Shown here: positions 1 through 13,619 of the stretch, in pieces
How positions within the stretch are numbered: the first letter of the stretch is position 1
How the letters are laid out: the number at the start of each line of letters is the position of its first letter
Origin: Zygnema circumcarinatum SAG 698-1b
Lineage: Eukaryota > Plantae > Zygnematophyceae
Assembly: GCA_037447605.1 (NCBI GenBank)
Contig: CM074809.1
Coordinates: 2,532,689 to 2,596,688, forward strand
Reading direction: 5' to 3'
DNA: 64,000 bases
Notes under the pieces: model-generated
The model's input: the letters and a program-made list of their open reading frames with translations, nothing else
The model's database searches: none
What the model was told of the DNA's origin: nothing
Position numbers and translations under genes: made by a program

Positions 1-136
1 ATTCATTGAGAAAGGCAAAAAAGGCACCCTTTTTGTAGGTGATTGCACAGGATACAGTAAAACGCTCGCTGAGGCTTTTGCAGTTTGTGGCACAGAGCCG
101 GCAAGCTTAGCCTCTGATTAGGGCTTGCCTGACAGG

Positions 137-3100
137 TTAAGACCATCTGAAGTGCTTCAAGGATGATACGTTCTTGCCACAAACTCGGCAGCTCGTAATG
201 GAATATTTTTTTTGACAGTCTTCGCACGGACCGTAATGGGCTGCAATTGCGCAACGACAAGCCAATGGAAGCACGCTAGTCAGGCCAAAGACTCCGCAGT
301 CATCAAGACACAAAAAAAATGAATAACGTCTGGAAGAAACAATCCATGGTGGGCCCAGACATTGTTTTGTGTGTAAAAATTGAGGGCAACCGTAGCTTTT
401 GCACTAAGGTCAAAATGAAGCCTTCAAGATTGTCTGCACTAGTTCTATTGTAAGATGTAGCGAGTGAAATCAAGGGCACACCACTTTACCAAGCATGAAG
501 AATGAAGAAGCCATAGGAAGAGGGCAGCGCAGCCTTACCACAGTCCAAGACAATGTACTCCGCTTGTCTGGTCTGACAGAAGGTGCAAGCGTGCCGCAGA
601 CGTTCGGATGGAGGCACCACGCTCGGAGCGACTACGGAATCATAGGCCGGCGGCGCCTTCCCTCTCTCCCCTCCCGCTTCAGCTTGAAAACGATGGGCAG
701 CCGAAAAAGGATGTGCCTCCATGGCTCGTTCCGCAGTGGACATGGAGGCAGCGCCATGGCCAAGAGGACCATCTGTTCTCATCCCTATAGAGGGCCTCAC
801 GGATTCCATCGCAGCTACTCTTGAGTTCACTGCAGTAACAAGTTCTCCCGTGGACTTTGCCCCTACCTTTGTTCGGTTCTCTGAGGCTCTCTCAATGGCC
901 TCCTTTGGGGTATAATAGTGGTTATGGCCATGGGCGGGCAACTCCTGGGAAGCATCTCCTCTGGTCAACGGCAGGCTTGGCCAAGCAGATAGCTCGTTTG
1001 GTGACCTCGAACTAGGGGGCATCCCCTGGAGAGGCGGGCACTGCGAAGCAGCCATGTTTCTCTGTGCCATCTCCCATGGTTGGAGGACTGTATTATTGCG
1101 TACAGGGTTGATCTGCATAAATGGAACAGTAAGGTCAGTTCTCTGTGACAGAAACATTCCCACTGATGAAGTTCAGAATGAATCATGACAAACTTGTGTT
1201 CATGTTACAAACTGAATGTCAATTCTGGAACAATTCACACTGTTCTAATGAACAGTGTGAATATCCAGTAAGCGGCCTTCAGTCATACAACAGACTCAAG
1301 AAGGGCTCCTTCGTTCACCCGTAACTGCACAAGGTCAGTGCTTTTGCAAAATCTACAAATGCCACCTTACATATTACGATCACATAAAAAATACACAACG
1401 CAGTGGCCATCAAAACATTTTAAACATGCGTTTCTTTTGATGAGTTGGAGAAGCTCGCCTGGCACCCATACCATGTCCCTTCGTCGATTTTCTCCGTATT
1501 TACGTTTCCTTTTTTCCCTTTTAAGCTATTTTCTGATGAGCCAAAATTCAACGCAAGATTCACCTCTTGCGCTTCTAATCAAACGTCAGCCTATCGTTCA
1601 TTTACGCAAACGATATCTGAACATTCTTTTCAATCGACCAGTGAAACCTTCCCAGGAAAATCAGTGCCAAGAATCTTGATGATCGATTGCTTGGTGTTTC
1701 TGCAGGTGAGTTTGTTTTTCCTTTTTCTTTTTTACAGAGACCATTTGCGCCAAACTTTGAAAACGAGCATGGAATGCTATGCAAGCAAGGTGTACTGTTC
1801 CCGGTCAGAGTCTCACTGCATAAGGGACAGCACCTCAACCCCTGAACCCCCCCACGTTAGCAGCCACATCACCCACCTCCATCTCGTCCGCTACTCGCTG
1901 CAGAAAAGTCGTCCCTACCGTCCCATCGCGCGCAAGAGACCAACACTCGGAATCGCCGGGCACACTCATTCTGCACACAGCGCACCAAATGCACTCATTC
2001 AAGATACCCCGCCATCCGTTAATTGGCAACATTCAATAGTTGGAACGTATGACTTCCTCCTTTCCTAGACTCCCTCTGGACAAGAGTCAAGAATGTCGTC
2101 GTGCAATGCCTCCTACGCTTTCCAGGAGATGTGGAGTTCAGAAGTCCCTGTTTCTGCGTCCTATGCAGTGCAAAAGTGACTCACTCACATGATAGCTGCT
2201 GTGGAAGAGCGAAAAATCCCCAGCCTATCCCTTCAGCAAATATGCAGGTGCCACTCTAATTGCGACTCTAAAGCTCCACCCAGAAATAAGTGCTTGTCTG
2301 CAGTCTTCGTGGACAGTGTCCTAGTGGTTTCCTGTACTTACCTGAGCCATTGCCCCTGCTCCTCCTCCCCCGCCACGAGCGCCCCGGGCAGCAGGACACC
2401 CAATTCCTGTGCCATTCTGTCGGGCCACCGCCGCACTCTGTGACAGGAGGGAGAGACGACCTGCACCGACAAGCAGGGATTACAGGGATTACAGGGCAGC
2501 CTTGTTGGCAGGTTTGCAGGTGGGCTTCTTCTTACGTTTTGCTGGAATGTGTCTTCCAAGACCACCAACATTTGGGGCCGAAATCTCATTCAAGCACGAG
2601 AAGCAGCTATAGATCAAAGCATGTCTGTTTACATGACGCTGACTAATTTTCGCAAAAATGATGCGATTTGGATTGCATTCCACATTAACTACTACTTGGA
2701 CTCTAAGCTAAGATTGGAAATAGTAAGAAAGTCAGAGAATGGCAACCAATTCCTCTGGTACTGAGAAAAACTACGTCGTCATGTAGAATAAATTCAAACA
2801 AAACCCTGTGTCGACGAGATTTTGAGACACTGCCAGAACACCCAGCCACTCTGAGAATCAAGTGTGTAGAACCAAACAGACTAAGCTCAGGTCATGACCC
2901 ATTCCAATATCGGCTGTAAAGACTTCAGCGTTAAGGCATTCCCACATCCCAGGATCAAGACCGAGCACATGAACACCTTCTGAAAGACCTTGCCTACCTT
3001 GTATACCCACGGAAACTTTAGTCTCCCTGTGCGTGTCTCTACTAGCGTTGGTGTTGCCGACGATGACGACGTTTCCCCCCAGTCAGGTGGGTCCACAGTC

Positions 3101-6100
3101 CACCCCTTTGAGGATATGCTCCCAGATGTTCCCATACTTTGCGCCGTCCCAGCATGCACCGCCTTGGCCGCCTTCTTGGCCATTTCCACCGCCAACGGAT
3201 TGTACAGAGTTGAAGCGGCGGGAGGTGCTTTTGAGATGTTGGATGATGCCACCGCTGCAGGTGGTTTCTTTGGAGTGGAACTTGCTGCTGGCTGTCGAGG
3301 CAACATCAAAAACAGCAACATAAAGGGTCTGAAGACTAAAGGGCACTCTCATTGCAGTAGTTACATAACTTCGTTAGAGGCAAATGGAGGATGTGCACCC
3401 TTGCAAAGACAACACGGAGTGCGCTTAAAAGAGCCGTGCAGGAACTGGAACAAACATCAGTTTTCCTTTACCTAACACTTCACAACTGTTCTACTGTAGT
3501 GACTGTCTACAGGCCCCGACATACTACTCCCCCACAAACTGCCCAATGAAGCCTTACAAGGGGCAGAAGGTGACGAAACTTGGCGAGAATGGTTGCCTCT
3601 TGGTCCTCTAACGAAGACGTCGTGGAGGGTCCTTGCGCGAGCTGGTTTTCAACATTGCCAAAAAACTGTTTCCCGTATTCTGCACTCCCTTGCCTTGCAG
3701 ACTCGGCCATGAGGGGGGCCACCTGCGAGCCTTTTGGAGGACCCGCGACTGGTGGCAGCCCCGTCCTCCCTCCCCATTCCTTTAGAGCGATTTCCTTTTT
3801 GGTGAGCTCATCAGCTAGTTTATCTCTGCTACCTTCATCCATTCGTTGATGAACGAGTGAATCTAATTTGTACACACTCATGGATGTAGAAGTACTAGGA
3901 CTGTCGTTTTCTGGAATTTCTACAGCGCGGGAGGGATTGAAACCTGGAGGAACACTTGGAACACTCCTTTCAGCTTCAGGACGGGAGGAAATGAACTGCA
4001 TTTCAGCCTCCATGACTTGGAAACGACCAGTTCTACTTTCTCCTGCGGGGGAGTCTGGGGGAACTGAATTGGCTGGACGAGCAACTTGCTCATTTGATTT
4101 ATATTCTGCGTTGCGCTCCTGAATGTGCTCCTTACCTTTCGACTGATGGTCGTCTATGTCCACAAGTTTCCTAGCATGCTGAACACCGCTTGCTGACTGT
4201 TGTATGGATAAACGAGCGACCCTTGAGAAGAGATCGCGGACATCCTTATCTTTGGTATTACCATCCGTCTTCTGTGTGCCAGCTGGCAACTCCCCAACCG
4301 ACGTCTTTGCCACGTGCCGCTCCCTCATTGGCCGCCCCTCTGTGTGCATGTGGCCAGCTTCAATTGAGGCTTGCTCTGCGCCAACTCCTGATGCGATCCG
4401 ATCGACCGGAAGTACAGACTGAACAGCTGAGGAAGCATGGCCGACACTGCTACCATGTGAGCCAAGATCAGGATGCCTATCTGATGCAATGCTCGTAGAG
4501 ATATTGGCAGTAGAAGAATAAAGGCCCTCTTGAGAAGAATCAAGGCATAACTCCTCTCCTCCCCTGCCGGGTGGTTTGAGCTTCAATGGTGAGTGGGATT
4601 CTAGTAGGGCATTGCTCTGCTGCCCAGCCAGGCCATCGTGGCTATGTTCCTGTAAAGGACTTCCAACTTCAGGATGTATGGAGCCAACACCTGCGACCAG
4701 AAGTGAAGGGTCTGAGTTGGCGGCTGCTTGTGAGGAAAGGAAAAACTGAAGTGGCTGGATGGGCATTACAGTAGAGTATCCCATAAGCACTTTCAGCAAT
4801 AGGCGGTCATATATGTTGTATATGTCTTTGACCAAAAAAATATTATTGCAGTATGTCTTTACATAATCCTTCTGCTCAAATGTTTTTTTATCTCCATGAA
4901 CGTCATATGTTTTTGGCAAAGAAGCATCGACCTTGCGAGTACGAATGTTCCGGAGGTTGCAGAAGCTCGTCAAAAGCTGGAAGCGCAGTTGCGACTGGAA
5001 TTGAGACGAGAGATGCGGCCACTTGTTCAAAAGAATCCATGAGGTCCTCAACCTGCGCATATGCATCCAGGCACAAACGTTTAATGATTTCCCTGAAAGA
5101 AAGGTACTACAAACACATTGCAAACCGAGTCTAAGTCTAGGATAGGGACAAAAAAACAGTTTCCTCTGATGTTTTCAGCCAAGGTTAGGCGACACGGCCA
5201 ATTTCAACACAATGCAAAAATGATGTTGAACACTTCCATAGAATGAATCGACTGGATGTTTCTGCATTCTTTACTAAAACCTTCACCTGTTACTTCAACT
5301 CTTCAAAGATCCCTGCAAGTGAGTTATTACTACACACTGCCTACATTGTTCATGACATCAGAAGAACATGACACTAGCCATTCCCCTGCACGTTCGTTCA
5401 ACCATAGCCCATTAAAAGACCAACCAAGCGAGAATCGACAATCTTCCTATACCCCTTTCCATTTCCCCCAAAAACCAGAAACCCATGTCTGCTTTCATCG
5501 CTGCATCAACAAGAGACGGCCACCCAATGGCCGTCCGAAAAAACGCAGGTTGCACCCATGAGTTTTGGCAGAGAGAGGCAAAAGCTGCCCGGTCCTGACC
5601 TGCTGCGCGGTGAGGTAGAGCGGCACGGCCCACGCGTGCTCTGCGAAGCATCCGGAGGGGACTGCGAGACCGAGCTGCTGCTCATGCACGAGGGGGTAGT
5701 CGGTCACCAGCTGGAAGGAGACGGGCACCAACTGCCCATACTGCAAGCAACAACAACACAACGTCAATACATTTTGTTTCTACACCTGAAAGAACCAAAC
5801 AAATCGATGCGTTCGATGCGGGATGATACGTGCCTTAGATAATAAATAATCTAGCCAAACAGAAACGGGCAATTGGAATTTGAACAAACGACAGGGAGAG
5901 AATAATAGGGACTGCAACATCATATGGTCCGGCAGCTTCCGCTACATGGCTTATAAGGTGTGGTATATGCCTTACGAAATCTTCTACGGGATTTCATGCA
6001 TGTACCCTTGAACTTTACTCACATAATCCAGTCCAGAACTCACGGACTCATAAATCCCGTGCATATGGCCTGAATCCAGGTCAAACATGAAAAGGGCAGT

Positions 6101-9100
6101 CTCTCGTGGAGCAATTCGATGAGGACAAACAAGTTGATTAGGAGGCAACCAAACGGTTCCCGTTATTTTAAGCACCTCAATATCGGCTCTAGATGCGGGG
6201 ATCACCTACAACTCATACAACCAAGGATTACATCAGTATTGCGAAAGAAAGGACAATTCCTTCTTTTGATCAAAGAAATACAGTGGCAATCATTTCGTTA
6301 ATCCAACAGTTGACCTGCCCAACCACCGGTACAGCAGCTTGGTTCCCAAATATAAGCATTACTAAAAAGAACTTCCACAGGTGAATACTGAAGAAAAAAA
6401 TGGATGGGTCTGCATAAGGGCCTGCTGCCATTGAAGCAGAAAAGGACAAGCAAGCTGCGAAGCACATCCGAACGTCATAAAAACACAAACAATAAAAAAT
6501 GCTCATTAAACTTTCCAAAATTGAAAGCTTTTGAAAAAAAAAAGGGCGGAGAGGAGAGTGGGAGGATGCGAAGGAGATTCTTCATGGGGTTGTCAAATTC
6601 CATTTCATACCTCCCTCCCTCTCTTTTTCCCAAGAAAGTAAACAGCCGTACTTCGAACCAATAATATTTTTGTAAGATCCTCTCAACCGCACAAGCAGGC
6701 CATAGTTAGGTCCAAGAACATACTCTGCTACCGTCATCTTGCATTACATCCTGTCTTGGTCAACGGAGCTACTCATCTAAACCGTCCAAATGAATGCATA
6801 GTCCCTTAAAATGCTGATGTAAATCAGAAACAAGAAACTGAAATGCCGATATGCTCCAGAGTATGACTCCAGAGAAGCAGCCTTCGGAAACTCTAGAAGT
6901 ATGCATGTGCTTTCACAGATCCCTGTGTTCCCTGAAAGGAAGGACATACTTGGCCGAACGAATAACTGAACTCGGGCTGCTCATCCGATAGCTCTATCTG
7001 CTGCCAAGTCAAAGGCTCGGGAACGCCATAAGTCGGGGTAACACCATAAGTTCCTGAATCAGACATCATAGGTTCAGGCGTATTCACAAAAACGAGGTGC
7101 TACCACACTTAAATTTTACATTCTGGATAATGCACCGACGTGTGTTTCCGTACCTGATGAACCGTCTGATACTGTTGTAGAGGCCATCATGGATGAGGGC
7201 AGAAACCCGCTTAAGGAAGCAGATGGAAGCGCTGTTGCGGTAGCAGCAACTGCTGGATTGCAAGAGCCACTTTCTCCAGCCCCTTGCGAAGGGTGAGCTG
7301 CTGATGACGACAAGAAAGAAGGCAGGAAAACGGGGGCAGTGACCTGCAGAGTCGAGGAACGAGAGGGGCCATCCTTGCCTGCAGAAACCACCATAGAAGC
7401 TTCGGAGCTTCCACTCGGCTGACTCTGTAAAGGAAGGCTTGAAGGTGGAACAGAAGGAGCAGGTGATGACGGGTGAAAGTTGGTAGAAGCCGCAGTTGCA
7501 CTCGGATCGCTCTCGGTGTGGGCTTGGAAAGGTTGCTGCGCAGAAACCAAGCACCAAAAGTTTAATGGGCTAACGCCTACTCAAGAAGGACCACAACGAT
7601 AACAAACTGACAATAGCATATTTTATTTCAAACTCGTAAATCTAACATAGAAAATAGCGTGTCAAGCGAGAGGAGCTATTGCAGACCAGGAGTGGACGGT
7701 TAACAAAAAAAAAAGTCATGAAACGAACCCAACGTCTTCGCGTCGTCTACGTATGATTGCACTTGCATTTTTCTGTCGTAAAGTCTGTCCTAGCTTCTTC
7801 TTCTTTGAAACATCGGATATAAGGGAGACTATAAGAATGTTTCCCAGGAAAGTACGACTACCGCAACTTCTAGAATGTTAGGCTTAAACTATCTAAAGCT
7901 TAAGCCAGAAACATTTCCAGAATTTTACAACCTACCGGCTCAACGAATCGACTCATCTTCAGCATTACCTAGAAATACGGCGGTCCTGCTTCCAGGGTTG
8001 CTCCAAGTTCACTCATCATGCACATGCGACCTGCTCTAGCATGTCCTGTCCAGTCGGCGGTAGCTCATAGTTTACACTGAAGACATGGCCACTTTGTGGG
8101 TTTGGTGTATGATGGTGTCTGGAAAGCTACCTGGCGAAGAAGGTGAGTGCATTTGAGCTGTCCACTGGAAGTAGAATCGGAGCGGTTAAGCACCTGTGCT
8201 GTCAAAGCCTCCTCAAATGATCTGGCAGCAACCAACACTCCTAGCACCAAAGTTAGCAATTTCTTGAACCAATAAGCATTGAGCACTTTCAAATATCCTT
8301 GCTTTTACGTTTCAACAGGCTGTCTATATACAATTCGTTAATCAGAATCTGAATACTGTTCGAAGAACACGCTTGAGTTGCAGGAAAACAGACAAATCAG
8401 CCTTGACCATCGAACTATCACAACAGATGATTAAGAACAGACAGCAGCTGAAGCGGTGCTCAGCGTCGGTCACATTTGTAACCCAAGAACCCTAAAGTAA
8501 ACCCTGAACCCTCGAGGCATAGAGGTGTTTAACGATCCAGGAACTGACTTCACTGACTTCCATTTCCAGATTTTCCAAAAGTTTTGGGCCTACGTGAATG
8601 TGACCACAGCAACTTCGTGCTCAAAGTAACGCTTGATTTCCTCCACACACGCTCCGCCAGCAGTGAACTTCTCCACCAGCTCAAGGTCGTCAATGAACTG
8701 GTCCACGTCCTCCACAAGGAGATGCGTAGGCCTGCACGCCAACTGTTGACCACATAGAACAGCGGGACTAAGAGTCATCACGCATTCCGAGTCGATTCAT
8801 TTTTTTTTTTTTTTTCGCTCCTTTTCGCTCAAGGAGCGACGGTGAATGAAATTTTTAATTATATGAGTTTCTTGCTAACATGGAGAGTCATTTTGACAAA
8901 TCAAGAAATGGTCAACAAGCAGAGGGGAGTGTCTAAATGTAAGACGGGTAAAAGTAAGCAGAAGAGTTTTGCCAAACAAGGAACCGTTAGGAACGTAATC
9001 TATTGAACCGAATCAATATTCCTCGAAAGGCACCATTACTTTGGTTAACACGCCTAACCAGGGTGTGTTCCCATGTGCCACTTCCGTGAGCTTACAAGTT

Positions 9101-12100
9101 CAGAAGGCTTGACAATGAGGTCTCCCAGAAGGTCGGCTAAGGGCGCAGACCGATAATGACTAGGTCCCAAATTTCTGGACGAGGAGTTATCCAAAGGCTA
9201 CACAAACACAGCCGAAACACATCACTGCTGTCAGACCTTAACTGTAGCGTGCAATCCGTAGACATATACAAGTGCTACGATGGAGGGGACAACAGCATCC
9301 CCATAGCAAATACAAATGGTTGAATTGGTGCTGTGGGAAAGTTCGTCCTTGTTAGTATTCATCAAGATCAAGGCATCTCCAGAAACAACTTCACAATTGG
9401 CAAGTATTGTCACGGATGCCCTCAAACCCCTTCTGAAAGGAACATTTCCAAACATCAGGGGTCTGTTCAAGAAAGTCAAAAGTACAGATAAGCAAACATG
9501 GAATGTGAAACCTCAATTGCAAGTGGAGAGTTTGTAACTCACAAGCATGCATACATTAGAGACAATGCATTCCAAGTCCTATACTCCCTAAGCCAAGCAT
9601 TCTTCTCCTGTTTGTGAGGACGGTGCAACTCCAATCAGGTAGAAGCCCATCAAATCCTTTTCTAGAATGTTTACGATTGGAAGATCCAATTTGAATGCCT
9701 TTAATTCTAGCTTTATACATTAACATTGCACTTACTGGAAATTCTAAGTCATCATAAGAACCAACAGAATGACTGTGTTCCGCTCCATTGGAATGATCGT
9801 TCTGACTGAAAGCATTCAAAACAATCCCTGATTCCGTCAGTGCCAAATGTCCTCGATTGCTGTCCAATTGCGAGGCTCCCTCCGAAGGCATAGAGCCACT
9901 GAGCGCAGAGGCTTTCACTTTTCCCTGCAGGAAATCCGCCCACCCCTCTCCTCAAAACCTCGCTATATTCCGAGAAGCTTGAGGCTGCTCCTCCCTGCCA
10001 GCCTTTGCCTCAAAACTATTGTTCCTGCTCGCACTCCAAGCTGCTCCGGTGAGAAAAAGAGCAACATGACTACCAGAATGCAAAAGCAGCGCTATTTATT
10101 AAGAGGTGGACGATATTAGAAACATGGCTGCAGGCACCTCACCTTCTTGTTTTTTGATTTCTTGGCCTTGCTGCTAGGCAACAGATCCATTGGCTCACTC
10201 CTAACAATAAGCTGAAGAGGAAGGTCTTCATTAAAGGGCTTCTGAAGCTTCGTGCTCTCTACTGCCTGAACAATTCCAGTACGACGGCGGTTAACGGAGC
10301 CTGAAGCCGCATATGGTTGAAACAAGTCTCATGCCGGTCGTACCTATTGCTCACCTGTCTAAATTCGAGCCTATGTTTGCCATCTTAGAATACTGAAAAG
10401 ATAAGCAGATTTCATTTGTGTATGACTCCAAATATAACGACATCTGCACGCAGTTCTCAGCAAACAGAGAACTTCTAGTGGCAAAAAAACCCCTAACCCC
10501 TGATGGCCATGTACGAAATGCGTATTCAATATCCTTGATACTGAAAGCTTTCTCAGTCTGAACAGGATTTGTGACCTTACCGAAGTAGTTTCATTCAAAA
10601 GGGAGTGTTTAGGCCATTCAGCATTAGAATTTTTTAGCTTCACTAAATAGCATGAGTGTACGAAACAAGTATCCATAAAGAAGACTATAGAGGATTCAAG
10701 CCAACTCACTGATTTATAATAGAGAGTTCCTCTGGCAAGCTTTTAAGGAAGCGATGAAGCAGAATCAGAATCAGAATTTAAGTTTGATGGAAGAAACTTA
10801 CTTGACTATAACTCTTAGACACTGAGGCGTGCTCCGTATCCTCCTGTATATGAAGGACACTTCACTGCATCAGTATGATGGCTCCGTAAGCTTTACATTA
10901 CACTGATTATAATGCTTTTCCAGATGTGTCTCAGTTGCCAAAGCAAGAAGCAGCCACCCACTATCCGTATTCAGAAACGATATCCAGCATAGTCCTGGCA
11001 GGCCATCCCCGCAACTGCCATGTCCACTCTCGAAAAAGTAGAGAACCCTTACAAAATCGAGCGTGATTACCTAACTTGTTTGGGCAGCAACAGAAAAGAT
11101 GCAAAATGGAAGACGTTGTAATGACAAGGACCCTAGATAACCATTGCAAATGATTCAGTAATTCACACCTGCTCTGTAGCGTTCTTCGTGGACTTGACTG
11201 GCTTGGAATGTGTTGAATCCCGCATAGAGCGTTTGTTCTGAAGCTCAAAATTCTCAGGTGCCATTCGCTCTGGTACAGATATCGCTGCAGATACTTCTTC
11301 TTGTTCTTGTCGCCTGAGCGTCCGGTTGTCCTTCCCGGTATGCTGCAAAGGTGGAGCTTCGACCAGAGGGGTCCTCTTCTTCAGGTGAACCTTGGTCGAA
11401 TTTTCATCTTTAGTACCAATCTTGTGTCGTTTGTCCTACAAAGCAACAAAAATTACTTACAAGAAACTGAGCTCCCCCAGCTTTTCAACACTCGAGGAAC
11501 ACAACAACGTCCGGGAGTAGTTTCCCAAAATAAATAAATCCACATATAGAGTGCTCCAAACCAGCATAACCCGCTAGTGACCAATGGCTTGTGGACGCCC
11601 ACAATTGCACATCGAATGCTGACTCCACACAAGCTTCCCGCCTTCAATCTTTGTTCTACTACATTTATCACATGCAAAATACAATGTCCACATAGTCCAC
11701 AGCTAAACATGTTTTTCTTAAACTTGGCAATGTAAATGCCAGCAATGGAGACGCTAACCTTTGATGTCTTGAAGGCTCGCATATCCTTTTCCTTGTCTTT
11801 TTTTTTCTCGTCAGCGATAATGTACACTATCTACAAAAATCAAGAAAAAGGCAAGTTGCTGTTAGAAAGAAAAACCTTCAATGAGTATGTCTGGTGTAAA
11901 CGGAAATAAAAAGTGTAAATGGAAATAAAAAGAAGGGAGGGAGGGGGAAGGAGGGGGGACGAGGGGGGACGAGGGGGGACGAGGGGGGAAATAGGGCCTA
12001 AGACAGACAGATGTGACCACTCCAAAAACTGTGTCGATGTTATCCGGCACTGAGATTGACGATGAGTTAATCCACTCCATACCCTCTCAATTTCGTGTAC

Positions 12101-13479
12101 TTCACTTGAAAACCGGAGACGACCAACATATGATAGAGGGATAACAAAAGTACACATAGACATTAAATGTAATTTTCTGTATTTCAAGTTCCAGGACACA
12201 AACAATAACCTCCGTGTTGTCTTATAGGAGAGCCAAGGTTGGGAATGGTGCGACCTTCTCTTTCTCTTTGACGTAGGCTCTGTTGATAAACCCCTCACAA
12301 TCTGTAAATCAGCGCCCTTCCTCCAGCCAAACGCCCAACTTAGCTAAAAAAGAAAAAGAATGGCTCCAAAAAAAACTGACAAACTCTACCAAACACGAAA
12401 ATTGATCAAATAGCAAACTGGCATAGCAAAAATGTGATCAACTGCAGCTATTGTAACAAATTTTACAGATATTCCCTGGTTGCCCCAAAGTTGTATTGAT
12501 CAAGTAAACCCTGCATAAGTTTTTAATGTGGCCATATGCCGCTTCTACAGTAGTGTTCAAATACCTGCCGAAAAGCCACTCCCTAAAAAAAGATCGACGA
12601 GCATCTGATGGCATACTACTACAGACACCTCTAGAGCCTGTCATATGCACCTTTGGAATGACCAAGTCACGTGTAGCCAGTCCAAATTCTAACAACCATT
12701 TTACATTGAACCACATATTTGGATGAAAGATACCTGGTGTTATGCAGGCAGCACCATATTTAAAGGCGAAATCGTCCATGGCATTATTCATCTCTACAAA
12801 GCACGGGGCATGGTACATTATGAAGCAGCCCTGCGTGCATGACATCTCATATCTTCTTTGCGATACTGTAAGTTCGTGCGAATTTCCGGGACACCTGTCC
12901 GTATCTCTACTTCTGCATACACCTATAATATGGTCTACTCGATCGTCCTCGTCCTTCGCTTCAAGAGGAGGCAGTATTCCGGACCTTCTCAACTCATCAA
13001 GCTCCTTCATTCTCTCTAGCCTTCTCAAATCAGCCAACTCCTTTGCGACCTCGACCACTTGCTCTTCCCTGTTGTTTCTCTGTCTGCCCTGTTGCTTTTT
13101 CTTCTTCTCCTCACGCTTCTTAGCTTCCCTCCTTTCTACAGCCAGACTCCTACAAATTCTATCATTTTTTTGCTGGCCTTCCTCAAGAGCTTGTCCTGCT
13201 TTTAATGGATACATAGAAATGGCACTATCGTCAAGCTCATCAGAATCCCACTCGGCTAAATTATTCGAATTACGTTCCTCACTCGTGGCTGCTAATTTTT
13301 GTCTAGACTTCTTAGGCGACCTATTCATTGCATTCCTCCGTAACTGACTTGCTTTTATTTTCCGCTGCCTGTCCCATGCACTAAGCTGAACTCCTCCGAT
13401 GGTCGGTTTCAAAATTTTCTCTCTCGAGGTAATGATGTGCGAAGGGACAGGAGATTCCTGCTCCTTGAGAGCTGGCATA

Positions 13480-13526
<47 letters not shown>

Positions 13527-13619
13527 ATCATATTCATCGTCATCGTCACTGTCATCGGCTTCTTCTCCTTCTTCATTTTCGTCTTCCTCTTCTCCTTCTT
13601 CCTTTCCATCATCTTCCAT
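137..13619 (-). CDS. Large multi-exon (~25 exons, roughly 1,700-1,900 aa) putative RING E3 ligase: acidic N-terminus, TTC3/DZIP3-like Cys/His domain, RRM, DCD domain, long low-complexity region, C-terminal C3HC4 RING
   Basis: Phase-compatible GT-AG exons traced by hand: 13619-12734, 12301-12255, 11830-11759, 11435-11169, 8742-8594, 8221-8131, 6205-6023, 5740-5600, 5052-4932, 4690-3558, 3291-2998, 2460-2342, 1970-1877, ~1145-539, 240-137. Spliced RING reads CTFC..DCAH..CEDC..CRVC. RRM reads THLLVEDVD..ELVEKF..VVTFTSFEEALTAQ. DCD reads LFMFDLDSGHMHGIYESVSSG..LTAQQVEDLMDSF. Junctions near 10850-10130 and 6760-6210 are unresolved, so a two-gene model is not fully excluded. Confidence 0.65.
13480..13555 (-). 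repeat. (TCATCG)n coding microsatellite giving a poly-Asp tract
   Basis: Tandem TCATCG on +; translates to DDDEYDDDDDDDDDDDDDDDDD on - within the first coding exon. Confidence 0.9.

Noticed and set aside
11936-11992. (GAGGGGGGAC)n intronic G-rich tract, like those at 33.2 and 59.1 kb
   Set aside because: Ordinary low-complexity purine tracts, frequent in this genome; G4 potential alone is not informative.
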